Positions 1-7,869 are shown, counted from the first letter of the stretch. The stretch is 17,289 nt of DNA from Thermoproteota archaeon (GCA_029258835.1 JAPDJY010000044.1:1-17289), one strand, 5' to 3'. Numbers and translations: made by a program. The notes: generated by a model from the letters alone, not told the origin.

Positions 1-146
1 GGGCAATCATGGACTGGCTTCCAAACCCGCGAGCCATGAAATGAAATCCCTCCAAGAAGCCATCAACCCCATATCAGCGACAAAATAACAAAATAATATT
101 TCCTTTTCTCTGGGTTAGGATGGTTGTCCGATAGAAGCAAGCCTTC

Positions 147-159
147 GAAACCTTTAAAT
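147..159 (+). promoter_or_regulatory. Putative archaeal BRE/TATA promoter of the 191-406 gene
   Basis: GAAAcc-TTTAAAT about 30 nt upstream of ATG 191; GAGGGGG RBS-like motif just before the start. Confidence 0.5.
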
Positions 160-190
160 CAAGCTAAGGAGGAGCAGTGGAGGGGGAAAG

Positions 191-406
191 ATGCTGGACG
201 TGTTTCCTGCACAGTTCTTCATGGCCAGCCTGCTCATGGTTGTATGGATAATAGTTGTTGGCGCTTTGATCGTTGTTGATGTGATAATAGCAGTGTGGGT
301 TTACAGGGACGCAAGGGATAGAGGAATGGAGGCTGAACTCTGGCTGATAATGGTCCTCCTCACCGGGCTAATAGGACTCATAATATACTTAATAGTCCGA
401 GAGTAG
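191..406 (+). CDS. Small two-TM membrane protein, stand-alone PLDc_N-like (phospholipase D N-terminal) domain
   Basis: 71 aa; pattern VWVYRDARDRGM..WLI.VLLTGLIGLIIYLIVR resembles the PLDc_N helix-turn-helix membrane module; own TATA and RBS. Confidence 0.75.
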   Translation: MLDVFPAQFFMASLLMVVWIIVVGALIVVDVIIAVWVYRDARDRGMEAELWLIMVLLTGLIGLIIYLIVRE

Positions 407-571
407 CCGCCGAAGCCAGCTAGCCGTGTTAAATATTCGGTGACCCCTTGAACGCCCGGTGTCCCGCCGTCCCTAGACAGCTAACAGGTTCCCCGTCTTG
501 ACGCTTAAATAGGCGTGTTTGATGGGAAGGAGTTAAATAGTTGCCGAAAATGTTATGTTCGGGTGATTTCC

Positions 572-1912
572 GTGTGCGACACCCTTGTGGCTTTGGGTAA
601 TTCCACCGAGGATGGCTCCGTGGTCTTAGGGAAGAACAGTGACAGGGATCCTAACGAGGCCCAGGTTCTCAGGTACCTCCCTAGGATGGAGCACTCTGAG
701 GGTGAAACCGTTAAGTGCACTTACATTGAGATCCCTCAAGTCCCTAAAACCTACGAGGTAGTCCTCTCCTGCCCGTACTGGATCTGGGGGGCTGAAATGG
801 GAGTTAACGAGTTTGGCGTCGCCATAGGAAACGAAGCTGTCTGGTCTAAGGAGCCCTACAGGGAGACGGGGCTCCTCGGAATGGATCTCCTCAGGCTTGC
901 GCTTGAAAGGGCTGAAACGGCACGTAAAGCATTAGAGGTTATAGTCGAGCTGATTGAGAAGTATGGTCAGGATGGCTCCGCAAACCCGAACTTCCAGCTT
1001 ATGTACCACAACTCGTTCATAATCGCCGACCCACGTGAGGCGTGGGTTCTCGAGACCGCCGACAAGTACTGGGTGGCTGAGAAGGTTAGGGACGTGCGTT
1101 CCATCTCGAACTGTTACACGATAGGTGAAAGGTGGGATCTCGCCTCCCCCGGGCTCGTGGAGCACGCGGTCGAGAAGGGATGGTGCGAGTCCCGAAAGGA
1201 TTTCAACTTCGCAAGGTGCTACGGGGACCGTGAAATGGAGTCCATAGCGATGGCCGCCGGCAGGCTTGCAAGGTCGATGAATCTGCTCAGGGAGAACAAG
1301 GGTAGGATAAACGTCGAGTTAATGATGGACTTTCTGAGGGATCACGGGGGAGGAGGCTGGGACCCCTGGACGCAGGAGGAAGCGACGATCTGCATGCATG
1401 CGGGCCCCGGCGTTGTGAGCAACACCGCTGGAAGCTACGTCGGCCACTTGACAGACGAGGAACACTTACACTGGTTTGCCCCATCGTCCTCCCCATGCAT
1501 AAGCCTCTACATACCGGTATACATGGGAGGGGTTGGAGTCCCCGAGGAGCTGAGCAGGGGTGAGGGAAAGTATAGCGGGGATTCCCCATGGTGGGTTCAC
1601 GAGAAGCTCGCCAGAATGATCCACATGAAGGGGTATAGTCGCCTAGCTGGAGAGGTGAGAGCCGAGATCGAGTCCCTCCAGAAAAGGTTCCTAGACGAAG
1701 CCTACGGGGCGAGAAGGGAGTGTCTTGGGGCTTCAGGAGGAGGGAGAAGGAGAAAGCTGAGGGAGGTAACTGACAGATGCTTTAGGGCGGCTTACGAGAA
1801 GTACCGGGAGTGGGCTGGCAATGTTGCCAAGGTAGAAGCTAAGGAGAGGCCGCCGGAGAAGTACTACGAGTACTGGTACCTTCAGAACTACGCAGCCGGC
1901 ATTAACGTTTAA
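572..1912 (+). CDS. Peptidase C69 family dipeptidase / secernin-like Ntn hydrolase
   Basis: Start refined from 515 to GTG 572 (RBS GGGTGA at 561-566), giving M-CDT with an N-terminal nucleophile Cys; motifs GKNSDRDPNEAQ, WGAEMGVNEFGVAIGNEAV, GLLGMDLLRLALER, YHNSFIIAD, ISN, ICMH. Confidence 0.92.
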   Translation: MCDTLVALGNSTEDGSVVLGKNSDRDPNEAQVLRYLPRMEHSEGETVKCTYIEIPQVPKTYEVVLSCPYWIWGAEMGVNEFGVAIGNEAVWSKEPYRETGLLGMDLLRLALERAETARKALEVIVELIEKYGQDGSANPNFQLMYHNSFIIADPREAWVLETADKYWVAEKVRDVRSISNCYTIGERWDLASPGLVEHAVEKGWCESRKDFNFARCYGDREMESIAMAAGRLARSMNLLRENKGRINVELMMDFLRDHGGGGWDPWTQEEATICMHAGPGVVSNTAGSYVGHLTDEEHLHWFAPSSSPCISLYIPVYMGGVGVPEELSRGEGKYSGDSPWWVHEKLARMIHMKGYSRLAGEVRAEIESLQKRFLDEAYGARRECLGASGGGRRRKLREVTDRCFRAAYEKYREWAGNVAKVEAKERPPEKYYEYWYLQNYAAGINV

Positions 1913-2126
1913 CCTTCCTGAGGTATTTAAGGTAGAGGACGACTGTGAATCCTCCAAGGGAGAGGGTGGTTACCAGCGTTATGGTTGCGGCGGCTAGGGG
2001 GGTCAGGTAGCCAATCCTCCTTAACGCTACGGATGCTAGCGAGCCGAGGAGGGCGGAGAGGAGGACTATTATCAGGGCTCCGTAAACGTCGTACCTCGAA
2101 ATAAGCCTGAAGAACCATTCAATCAT
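1902..2126 (-). CDS. Small two-TM membrane protein, possible accessory subunit of the adjacent NSS-like transporter
   Basis: 74 aa with two hydrophobic segments and a basic C-terminus; its ATG overlaps the transporter TGA (ATGA at 2126-2123); 11-nt convergent overlap with the C69 gene. Confidence 0.7.
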   Translation of the reverse strand: MIEWFFRLISRYDVYGALIIVLLSALLGSLASVALRRIGYLTPLAAATITLVTTLSLGGFTVVLYLKYLRKVKR

Positions 2127-3598
2127 TTTTTACTTCGCCTCCTTTCGGCGGCCCATTTAAGGGTGAAGGCGGCGGTGAGACATGAGGAGAGCCAAGCCAG
2201 CGTCGAGCAGGTGAAAATGGCTGAAACATCTTGGGGTAGAAGAGGGGTGAGAGGGGTGAGGGGCTGTGCGAGAAGGTAGACGTGAGGTAACGCTGAAAGG
2301 ACGGTTAGGGTGATCGTGGCCAGCAGGGCTGGCGTGGCTGCGAACCGAAGGATTACGTCTAGGAGCCTCTTAACGCGTGCTGTGGCTTCCACGTTGAGCT
2401 GCTTGAGTGGGCGGCTCACGCCCATAACCCATCCGACTGCCACCACCTCGGCTAGCGCCACAAGGCAAATGTTGACTCCTGCAAACCACCAGTAAAGGAA
2501 CACCAGCTGGGTCCAAGGAGAAAAAAGGGTGAAGACTAGGCTTAGAGTTGCCGCAGGAGCAGCGGATAGCGTGATGGCGCCGCTCCTGCCAACCCCAAGC
2601 TCCTCCTTGATGGTGGAGGAGGCGGAGTCGAGGGCTCCTATAACCCCCATAGCAGACACTATGGTGAACACGCATAGTAAACAGTCGACGGCAACCCGTC
2701 CCAAGAGGCCGTGACGGGTGGACAGGGTGGCTGAGGATGCAAGCCACCAGGAGAAAACCCCTAACGGGCTTACTGGTGGGAGTGCGAAGCGTTCAGCGTC
2801 CACTAGGCCTGAAGCACCTCCACCGCTAAAGAACGCCATCGAGGAGAGGAAGACGAGGCCTATGACCGCTAGGGGGTAAAGGGTTACTTGGAAGCCGACG
2901 TCTTCCTCTCCTCTGGCATGGTGGTGGAGAACTCCCATGCCGGCCCCCACGCCCAGAACAGGGAGAGATAGAAGTAAGGGTAGGAAGCAGCCAGACCAGT
3001 ATGCCTCAACAACATAGTTTATTCCTGGGTTCACTCCTCCGGGTAAAGCCACGTTTAGGGCTGCTACGAGCATGAGGGAGGCTGCGGCAGCCAGCAGGGC
3101 AGCCCTAGTTAAAACCACTCTCTTAGACGGCTTAAGAACGAAGGCTAAGACTGCAGCCGTAGCCCAGAAGGAGGCGAAGCCCACGGCGCGGTGGAATCCC
3201 GAGGACCAGAGGAGAGAAACGGTGAGGTATGTTGAAGGGAGCATTGCAGGCCATGGAAGGGTGGAGATGAGGGATTGCCCCGCCAGCAGCAACCCGGCAA
3301 CGATTGATAGTAGAGAGGAAATCCATATGGCGTTCACCAGAGCAAGCCACCCTAGGATCTCCAAGCGGCGACTCACACTTCTTAACGACCCTGGCAGGGT
3401 TGGGGATAGAGGTGACAGGGAAGCCTCGGAGAAAGCCGACGGGAACCCCACCAGCAGCGTGAGGAGGAGGAATGAGAGCACTGCTACTACACCCCCGCTC
3501 AAAACGTTAAACTCGAAAAGCCAGAGCGAGACGGCCCCTAGGGTTAATGCCACGCCGATGCATGCTAAACGCATGGCAGCCACCCATAATACCTTCAA
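2123..3598 (-). CDS. Divergent sodium:neurotransmitter symporter (NSS/SNF, SLC6-like) family membrane protein
   Basis: 491 aa with about 11-12 hydrophobic segments; remnant NSS motifs SGG...LLVGFP...E.SL (TM2), SL..LGVGAG (TM6), ALAEVVAVGWVMG (TM10), LRFAATP (TM11); start codon uncertain (TTG). Confidence 0.7.
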   Translation of the reverse strand: MKVLWVAAMRLACIGVALTLGAVSLWLFEFNVLSGGVVAVLSFLLLTLLVGFPSAFSEASLSPLSPTLPGSLRSVSRRLEILGWLALVNAIWISSLLSIVAGLLLAGQSLISTLPWPAMLPSTYLTVSLLWSSGFHRAVGFASFWATAAVLAFVLKPSKRVVLTRAALLAAAASLMLVAALNVALPGGVNPGINYVVEAYWSGCFLPLLLSLPVLGVGAGMGVLHHHARGEEDVGFQVTLYPLAVIGLVFLSSMAFFSGGGASGLVDAERFALPPVSPLGVFSWWLASSATLSTRHGLLGRVAVDCLLCVFTIVSAMGVIGALDSASSTIKEELGVGRSGAITLSAAPAATLSLVFTLFSPWTQLVFLYWWFAGVNICLVALAEVVAVGWVMGVSRPLKQLNVEATARVKRLLDVILRFAATPALLATITLTVLSALPHVYLLAQPLTPLTPLLPQDVSAIFTCSTLAWLSSCLTAAFTLKWAAERRRSKK

Positions 3599-4010
3599 CC
3601 TAATCCTTGAAAAGGATAACTGTCAACCAGCACCTAAAGACGAAGCAAAAACCCACTTGGGAGCGTTCTGCACCGGTCCATTAGGCTTCTTTAAACCTGA
3701 CCACTCCACCTCATTAAGGATGAAACGGGAGCAAGAAATGTAAGCTTTAAAAACCATGCTTTCCCTGCTAGGCGAGAACATCTGGAAAACGGTGAAGTAC
3801 AGGTAAAATGGGAGAGAGGCTGATAACAGCCATCACCGATCCCGTTCCCGTTGCCACTGAGAACTTTAGGTAGGCTTTTCCGCTGAGCCTTCGAAGCAGG
3901 AGCCGACTGAAGTGGATCATCCACCCACCTCCAAGTGGAGTTTAAGTGGGCTGCCCGGCGGCTTCAAGGCTGAGTGCTGGCCCAAGATTCTCCAGCTTTT
4001 TTAAAGGCTG

Positions 4011-4861
4011 TTATGCCTCTCTTATGAGGGATTTAATTTCTTCCTTTGGTACGCTCTTGAGGAGCTCGAGCAGGAGGTGTGGTGACATCCTCATCGGCCC
4101 GTAGAGGATGGCTTGCATCTTGGGCATGTACATGTACGCTAAGCTCCTCTTCGATATCAGCACGTCCTCTAGTTCCAGGGATATGGAGTAGTCTCCCAGT
4201 TCAACCTTCACGTTCCTAGAATTCCAGGAGGAGGCAAACTCCACCGCGTTAACCCTGAACTCGGTCCATTGAGGCTGCTTATCCATGTAAAGGTAAGTGA
4301 AGTATCTTAGTATTCGGCTTCTCTTAGCAGGGATCTTCTTCCCGGTAATGGTGAGGATGTGACTTCCCTTTTCGCTTAGCCTACATGAAAGCTCGTTCTC
4401 CGTCTCAACCCAGTCGAACTCGGCTATGAACTTAGGGAAATTGTAATAGTCGACTCCGCCCCTCAGCGCGATCTCGGTGTCAACGGGGAGGTAGTGGATG
4501 TACGTGTGGAAGATGCCTCGCCTTAGCTGGCTTAGGACTCCGCCGGCGGACGGCTGCTTAATGATGATGGCTATGGCAAGCTCGTTGTATGGCTCTATGT
4601 CCGTGTTACGGTAGTTGAAGGCGGATATTGCAACCAGGCCGACTCCGGGAATTATGGTTGCAGGCTCGTAGACGTCTGGGAGCAGGCTCCTAAGCTTCCG
4701 AGCTGAAGCTGGTAAGGCGGCAACTATCGAGCGTGCATCATAGTAGAAAATCGGGATCTTCCCCTTTTCCCCGCTATGATCGCCTCCTGCTGCGTTACCC
4801 CCTCAAAGAAATCCTTCCTCTCCGCCTCCCTCCTCCTAATCCAGTACTCGGAAGTCTCCAT
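4011..4861 (-). pseudogene. Acetoacetate decarboxylase-like superfamily protein interrupted by one frameshift (about 283 aa if one base is restored)
   Basis: ATG 4861 (RBS GGTGGGG) reads METSEYW...DFFEGVTQQEAIIAG and stops at TAG 4726-4724. The -1 frame reads GEKGKIPIFYYD...FNYRNTDIEPYNELAIAI...YIHYLPVDTEIALRGGVDYYNFPKFIAEF and runs in frame into the listed ORF 4011-4286. The PYNE Glu and the FPK Schiff-base Lys are retained. Confidence 0.85.
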
Positions 4862-4911
4862 AAACCCCACCACAACGTTGCTCAAATTAAGCAATCTACC
4901 CCGTACGTTTC

Positions 4912-4925
4912 TATTTAAAAGTTTC
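4912..4925 (-). promoter_or_regulatory. Putative BRE/TATA promoter of the ADC-like gene
   Basis: Minus strand reads GAAAC-TTTTAAATA about 50 nt upstream of ATG 4861. Confidence 0.5.
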
Positions 4926-5282
4926 GGGAGAGGTTTATTAACTTATTAACTTATTTGGTGAGATGGGAAAATGAGAATTATTTTTAGTTGTACTCCTGCT
5001 TAAACCCTCCTTCGCGAATACCGTAGCAAATCGGAGAGCAACGAAGGCAACACCAGAACGATGACTTCAATAGAAGATGGGTGTTAATTTAGTCGTTACA
5101 GAGAGGGCAGGAAGGACGAGGGAGCGAGATTCCAGATAGCAGCAGGTACGGGTTCGCCACCACAGAAACCCTTGCAAGCTCTGCATACCGCCAAACGTTA
5201 CACTAGCGATATTTGACAGAGCCGGCGACCGAAAAGTTTACAAAATAATTTCTGCTATTTCCTTTTAGGGATGGATGGTAGA

Positions 5283-5627
5283 ATGGTGAAGCTGGAGATT
5301 TGGTTTGACAGGAAAGCATACTACCGCCTGCCAAGATGTGGACGCCTTGAAGCCGCAGGAAACAGGCGCACCCTTGAGGGTTTACGTCCATACACCTACT
5401 TCACCATAACGTGCGACTGGTACATGCAGGTTTTACAGTATGAAAAGAGGAATTGCTGCACCGTCAGGTACTATATCGTTAGGGACGGGGATGACTACTA
5501 TCTCATACTCTACTCATCGGGTTGCAGCAGCCACCCTGGAATCCTTGACTACCAAAGCCTAGAACGCGAGAAAGTTGAGGAGATCCTGGAGGCTTCAAGG
5601 CGGGGAAGCCAGCCGAAAATAAGGTAG
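5283..5627 (+). CDS. Hypothetical protein (Tyr/Cys-rich, about 114 aa)
   Basis: Open frame from 5271 or 5283, lying between other genes, with an AT-rich upstream region and T-tracts after the stop (5644-5662); no family recognised. Confidence 0.6.
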   Translation: MVKLEIWFDRKAYYRLPRCGRLEAAGNRRTLEGLRPYTYFTITCDWYMQVLQYEKRNCCTVRYYIVRDGDDYYLILYSSGCSSHPGILDYQSLEREKVEEILEASRRGSQPKIR

Positions 5628-5884
5628 GGAAGAAGGGCTCACCTTTTCTTAACGATATTTTTCACACTCATAAATCCTCATGCTCCTAAAGGATACCCAA
5701 AACTTTAAGATCACACTCCGGGTTCGGCTTCTAAAGGAGTGGAGACGTCAGATTTCAGCATCATTTAAATGTGGAGATACGCCGTAAACTATGAAAAGGG
5801 GGTTAGAGTTGGTTGTGCGTCTGGCTCGGCCGCATTAGATCCAATGCTTACTAAAGGAGTGGACTCCGTTTTCAAGCTTCGTGT

Positions 5885-5914
5885 CTTCACCCATGTGAAG
5901 CGAAAAAATTTAAA
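5885..5914 (+). promoter_or_regulatory. Inverted repeat CTTCAC-N4-GTGAAG abutting the BRE/TATA of the dehydrogenase gene
   Basis: 5885-5900 CTTCACccatGTGAAG directly followed by CGAAAAAA-TTTAAA (5901-5914). Confidence 0.5.
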
Positions 5915-5953
5915 GTTCGGACGCTTTGGACATTACGGGGTGCCAGCTTGCCT

Positions 5954-7117
5954 ATGGATGTGTTGAGGGACGATATTGGCCCGGAGTATGTCGTGGAGCT
6001 GTATGATCCTGCAACAGGCACCAGAGGGTTTCTGGTGATCGATACGATGGTTTACGGCGTCGCCGCCGGCGGCGTCAGGATGCTTCCAGACGTGACGGTA
6101 GGGGAGGTATCCCATTTGGCTAGGGCTATGACCTACAAGTTTGCAACGTACGATATGCCCATCGGAGGGGCGAAGGGGGGAATCGTAGCTGACCCGTCGT
6201 CCCCGGACAGGGATAGGCACGTGGGTGCATTTGCACGCCTCGTAGCCCCATTCTTAAAACAGCTCGTTTACATTCCTGGAGCAGACATGGGAACCAGCGA
6301 CAGGGACGTGGCGGTGATGTGCGAGGTTGCTGGAATGGAGCAGTTTAAGCCGAGTGGTTTAACCCTTAAGGTTAAGGATGGAATGCCCCTGGAGGATCAC
6401 CTCACCGGCTACGGTGTGGTGGTAGCTGCCAAGACGGCGGCTGAGCTAGTCGACGTGAGCATTGAGGGGGCTAGCGTCGCGGTAGAAGGGTTCGGGAAGG
6501 TTGGAGGAGGGGTTGCAAGGTACATGGAGAAGCTTGGGGCGAGGGTTGTGGCCATATCAACCATTCACGGAGCGATATATAACCCTAAAGGGTTGGACGT
6601 GGAGGGGCTTCTGGAGGCAAGGAGGAAGCACGGTGACAGGGTGGTGCTCGAGTATAAGTACGCGGAGAGAATAGCTAAGGAGAAGATCTTCACCCTCCCC
6701 GTTGACGTGCTGGTTCCCGGTGCGAGGCCATACGTGATAGACAAGAATAATGCTGGAGACGTGAAGGCTAAGATTATCTCTCCGGGTGCGAACATTCCGA
6801 CAACTCTGGAGGCTGAGGAGATCCTGTCCAGGAAGGGTGTTCTCTCGATCCCCGACTTCGTGGCGAACGCTGGGGGGATAATAGCAGCCACCATGGACAG
6901 GATGAGCGCCACGGAGGAGAAGGCCTTCGAAGCGGTGGAGTCGAACATATCCAGCGTGACGAGGAGGATAATATCCCAGGCGATGGAAGAGAAAACTTAC
7001 CCTCTGGCGGTAGCCGTCAGAATGGCTAGGGAGAAGGTTAAGCGTGAAATGGAAAAGAAGGAAAGGATGGCGGCTGAGGAGATAGAAAAGAAGGTAAGGG
7101 AGAAGTTTGGAGTCTAA
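5954..7117 (+). CDS. Glu/Leu/Phe/Val family amino acid dehydrogenase, probably not glutamate-specific
   Basis: GGVRM, LARAMTYKFA, GGAKGGI (catalytic Lys), GADMGT, TGYG, Rossmann GFGKVG, GAN, PDFVANAGG; start is TTG 5948 or ATG 5954 after RBS GGGGTG. Confidence 0.93.
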   Translation: MDVLRDDIGPEYVVELYDPATGTRGFLVIDTMVYGVAAGGVRMLPDVTVGEVSHLARAMTYKFATYDMPIGGAKGGIVADPSSPDRDRHVGAFARLVAPFLKQLVYIPGADMGTSDRDVAVMCEVAGMEQFKPSGLTLKVKDGMPLEDHLTGYGVVVAAKTAAELVDVSIEGASVAVEGFGKVGGGVARYMEKLGARVVAISTIHGAIYNPKGLDVEGLLEARRKHGDRVVLEYKYAERIAKEKIFTLPVDVLVPGARPYVIDKNNAGDVKAKIISPGANIPTTLEAEEILSRKGVLSIPDFVANAGGIIAATMDRMSATEEKAFEAVESNISSVTRRIISQAMEEKTYPLAVAVRMAREKVKREMEKKERMAAEEIEKKVREKFGV

Positions 7118-7187
7118 GGGTTCCACGTGGCGGTCGCTCGGGAACCAGCCAAGTTCCTTTATTATCTCCTTTATGTCCGAATAATCA

Positions 7188-7695
7188 CTAGTCAACGTAT
7201 GGGCAGTTTAAGGCGTTGACCCGCGCTTCCATCCGGAAAGCTTCTGGAACTTCGCAGGAGACTTAATGTTTACGTCATAGAATATCTTCCCGGCTTCAAC
7301 CAGCGCTTCGAACGCGTCGCCCGTGACGACGCCATTTAGCAGCCAAGTCTTTCTATGACGACCTTATTCGCCGTGAACGCCGCACTCCTCGACCCTGACC
7401 CTCTTTCGCCCTGAAGTTCATGCCCCGCCTTAAGCATGCCATAAATAGCACAGTGCCCTTTGGGGTCCTTCTAAGTTTCCTCGAAACGTAGTCTACGAGC
7501 CCGTCGATCGTCTCCACGTTCTCCGGAGGCTTTTCACCAGTCTTCTCTGCTTCAAACGCTAAACCATACTTCACAACCAGCTTTTCGTAGACCGGGCCGT
7601 AAACACCCCTAACCTCCATGGCGGCCTCTCTAGCAGCTGAAATCAGCAGGTTTACGTCAGGATCCTTCGTGAACTTGTATTCGTCAAACGCTCAT
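7188..7695 (-). pseudogene. Degraded gene remnant with about four frameshifts; product unknown (C-terminal CPY.D motif is reminiscent of V4R-like domains)
   Basis: RBS GGTGAG + ATG 7695 stops after 3 codons. Protein-like segments in successive frames: AFDEYKFTKDPDVNLLISAAREAAMEVRGVYGPVYEKL... / PKGHCAIYGMLKAGHELQG...AAFTANKVVIE / LLNGVVTGDAFEALVEAGKIFYDVNIK / RVNALNCPYVD*. Confidence 0.6.
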
Positions 7696-7812
7696 TCCAG
7701 CTCACCCTGAATAAGAGGGCTTCCGGAAATTTAATTTTCACGTTTAAACCATGTGAATTACCTTCGCAAAACGGTATTTCTTTTTACGTTCTTAGTCGGG
7801 GAAAACTTTTAG

Positions 7813-7827
7813 AGAAAGAATTAAATA
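7813..7827 (+). promoter_or_regulatory. Putative BRE/TATA promoter of BKACE-1
   Basis: AGAAAGAA-TTAAATA about 45 nt upstream of ATG 7870. Confidence 0.5.
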
Positions 7828-7869
7828 GTTCATTAAGCTATTCTTCAACCGGTGAATGGAGGAGGAATT

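Noticed and set aside
1-90. Possible gene end on + (e.g. ...AIMDWLPNPRAMK*) or a short - strand ORF (MGLMASWRDFISWLAGLEASP*)
   Set aside because: Too little sequence at the window edge to choose a frame or strand
2243-2263. GAGGGGTGA short tandem repeat
   Set aside because: Simply encodes a low-complexity PLTPLTPL loop in the transporter
3072-3743. 223-aa + strand ORF
   Set aside because: Antisense shadow of the hydrophobic transporter gene; A/R/S/T-rich with no motifs
3902-3959. Hammerhead ribozyme (CTGAAG next to a stem in a three-way junction)
   Set aside because: The core reads CUGAAGU rather than CUGANGA and there is no GAAA junction
4011-4286. 91-aa ORF as an independent gene
   Set aside because: It is the in-frame C-terminal third of the frameshifted ADC-like gene
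5686-5863. Degenerate CRISPR array from the CTAAAGGAGTGGA repeats
   Set aside because: Only two 13-bp copies plus a partial one, irregular spacing, and no cas genes
6557-7195. 212-aa - strand ORF
   Set aside because: Almost entirely antisense to the amino acid dehydrogenase; no recognisable domain
7353-7619. 88-aa ORF as an intact gene
   Set aside because: Protein-like sequence extends upstream of its ATG and continues in other frames; treated as part of a pseudogene
4724-7695. Selenocysteine/pyrrolysine read-through as the cause of the broken ORFs
   Set aside because: The coding signal continues in different frames, not in frame past a TGA/TAG
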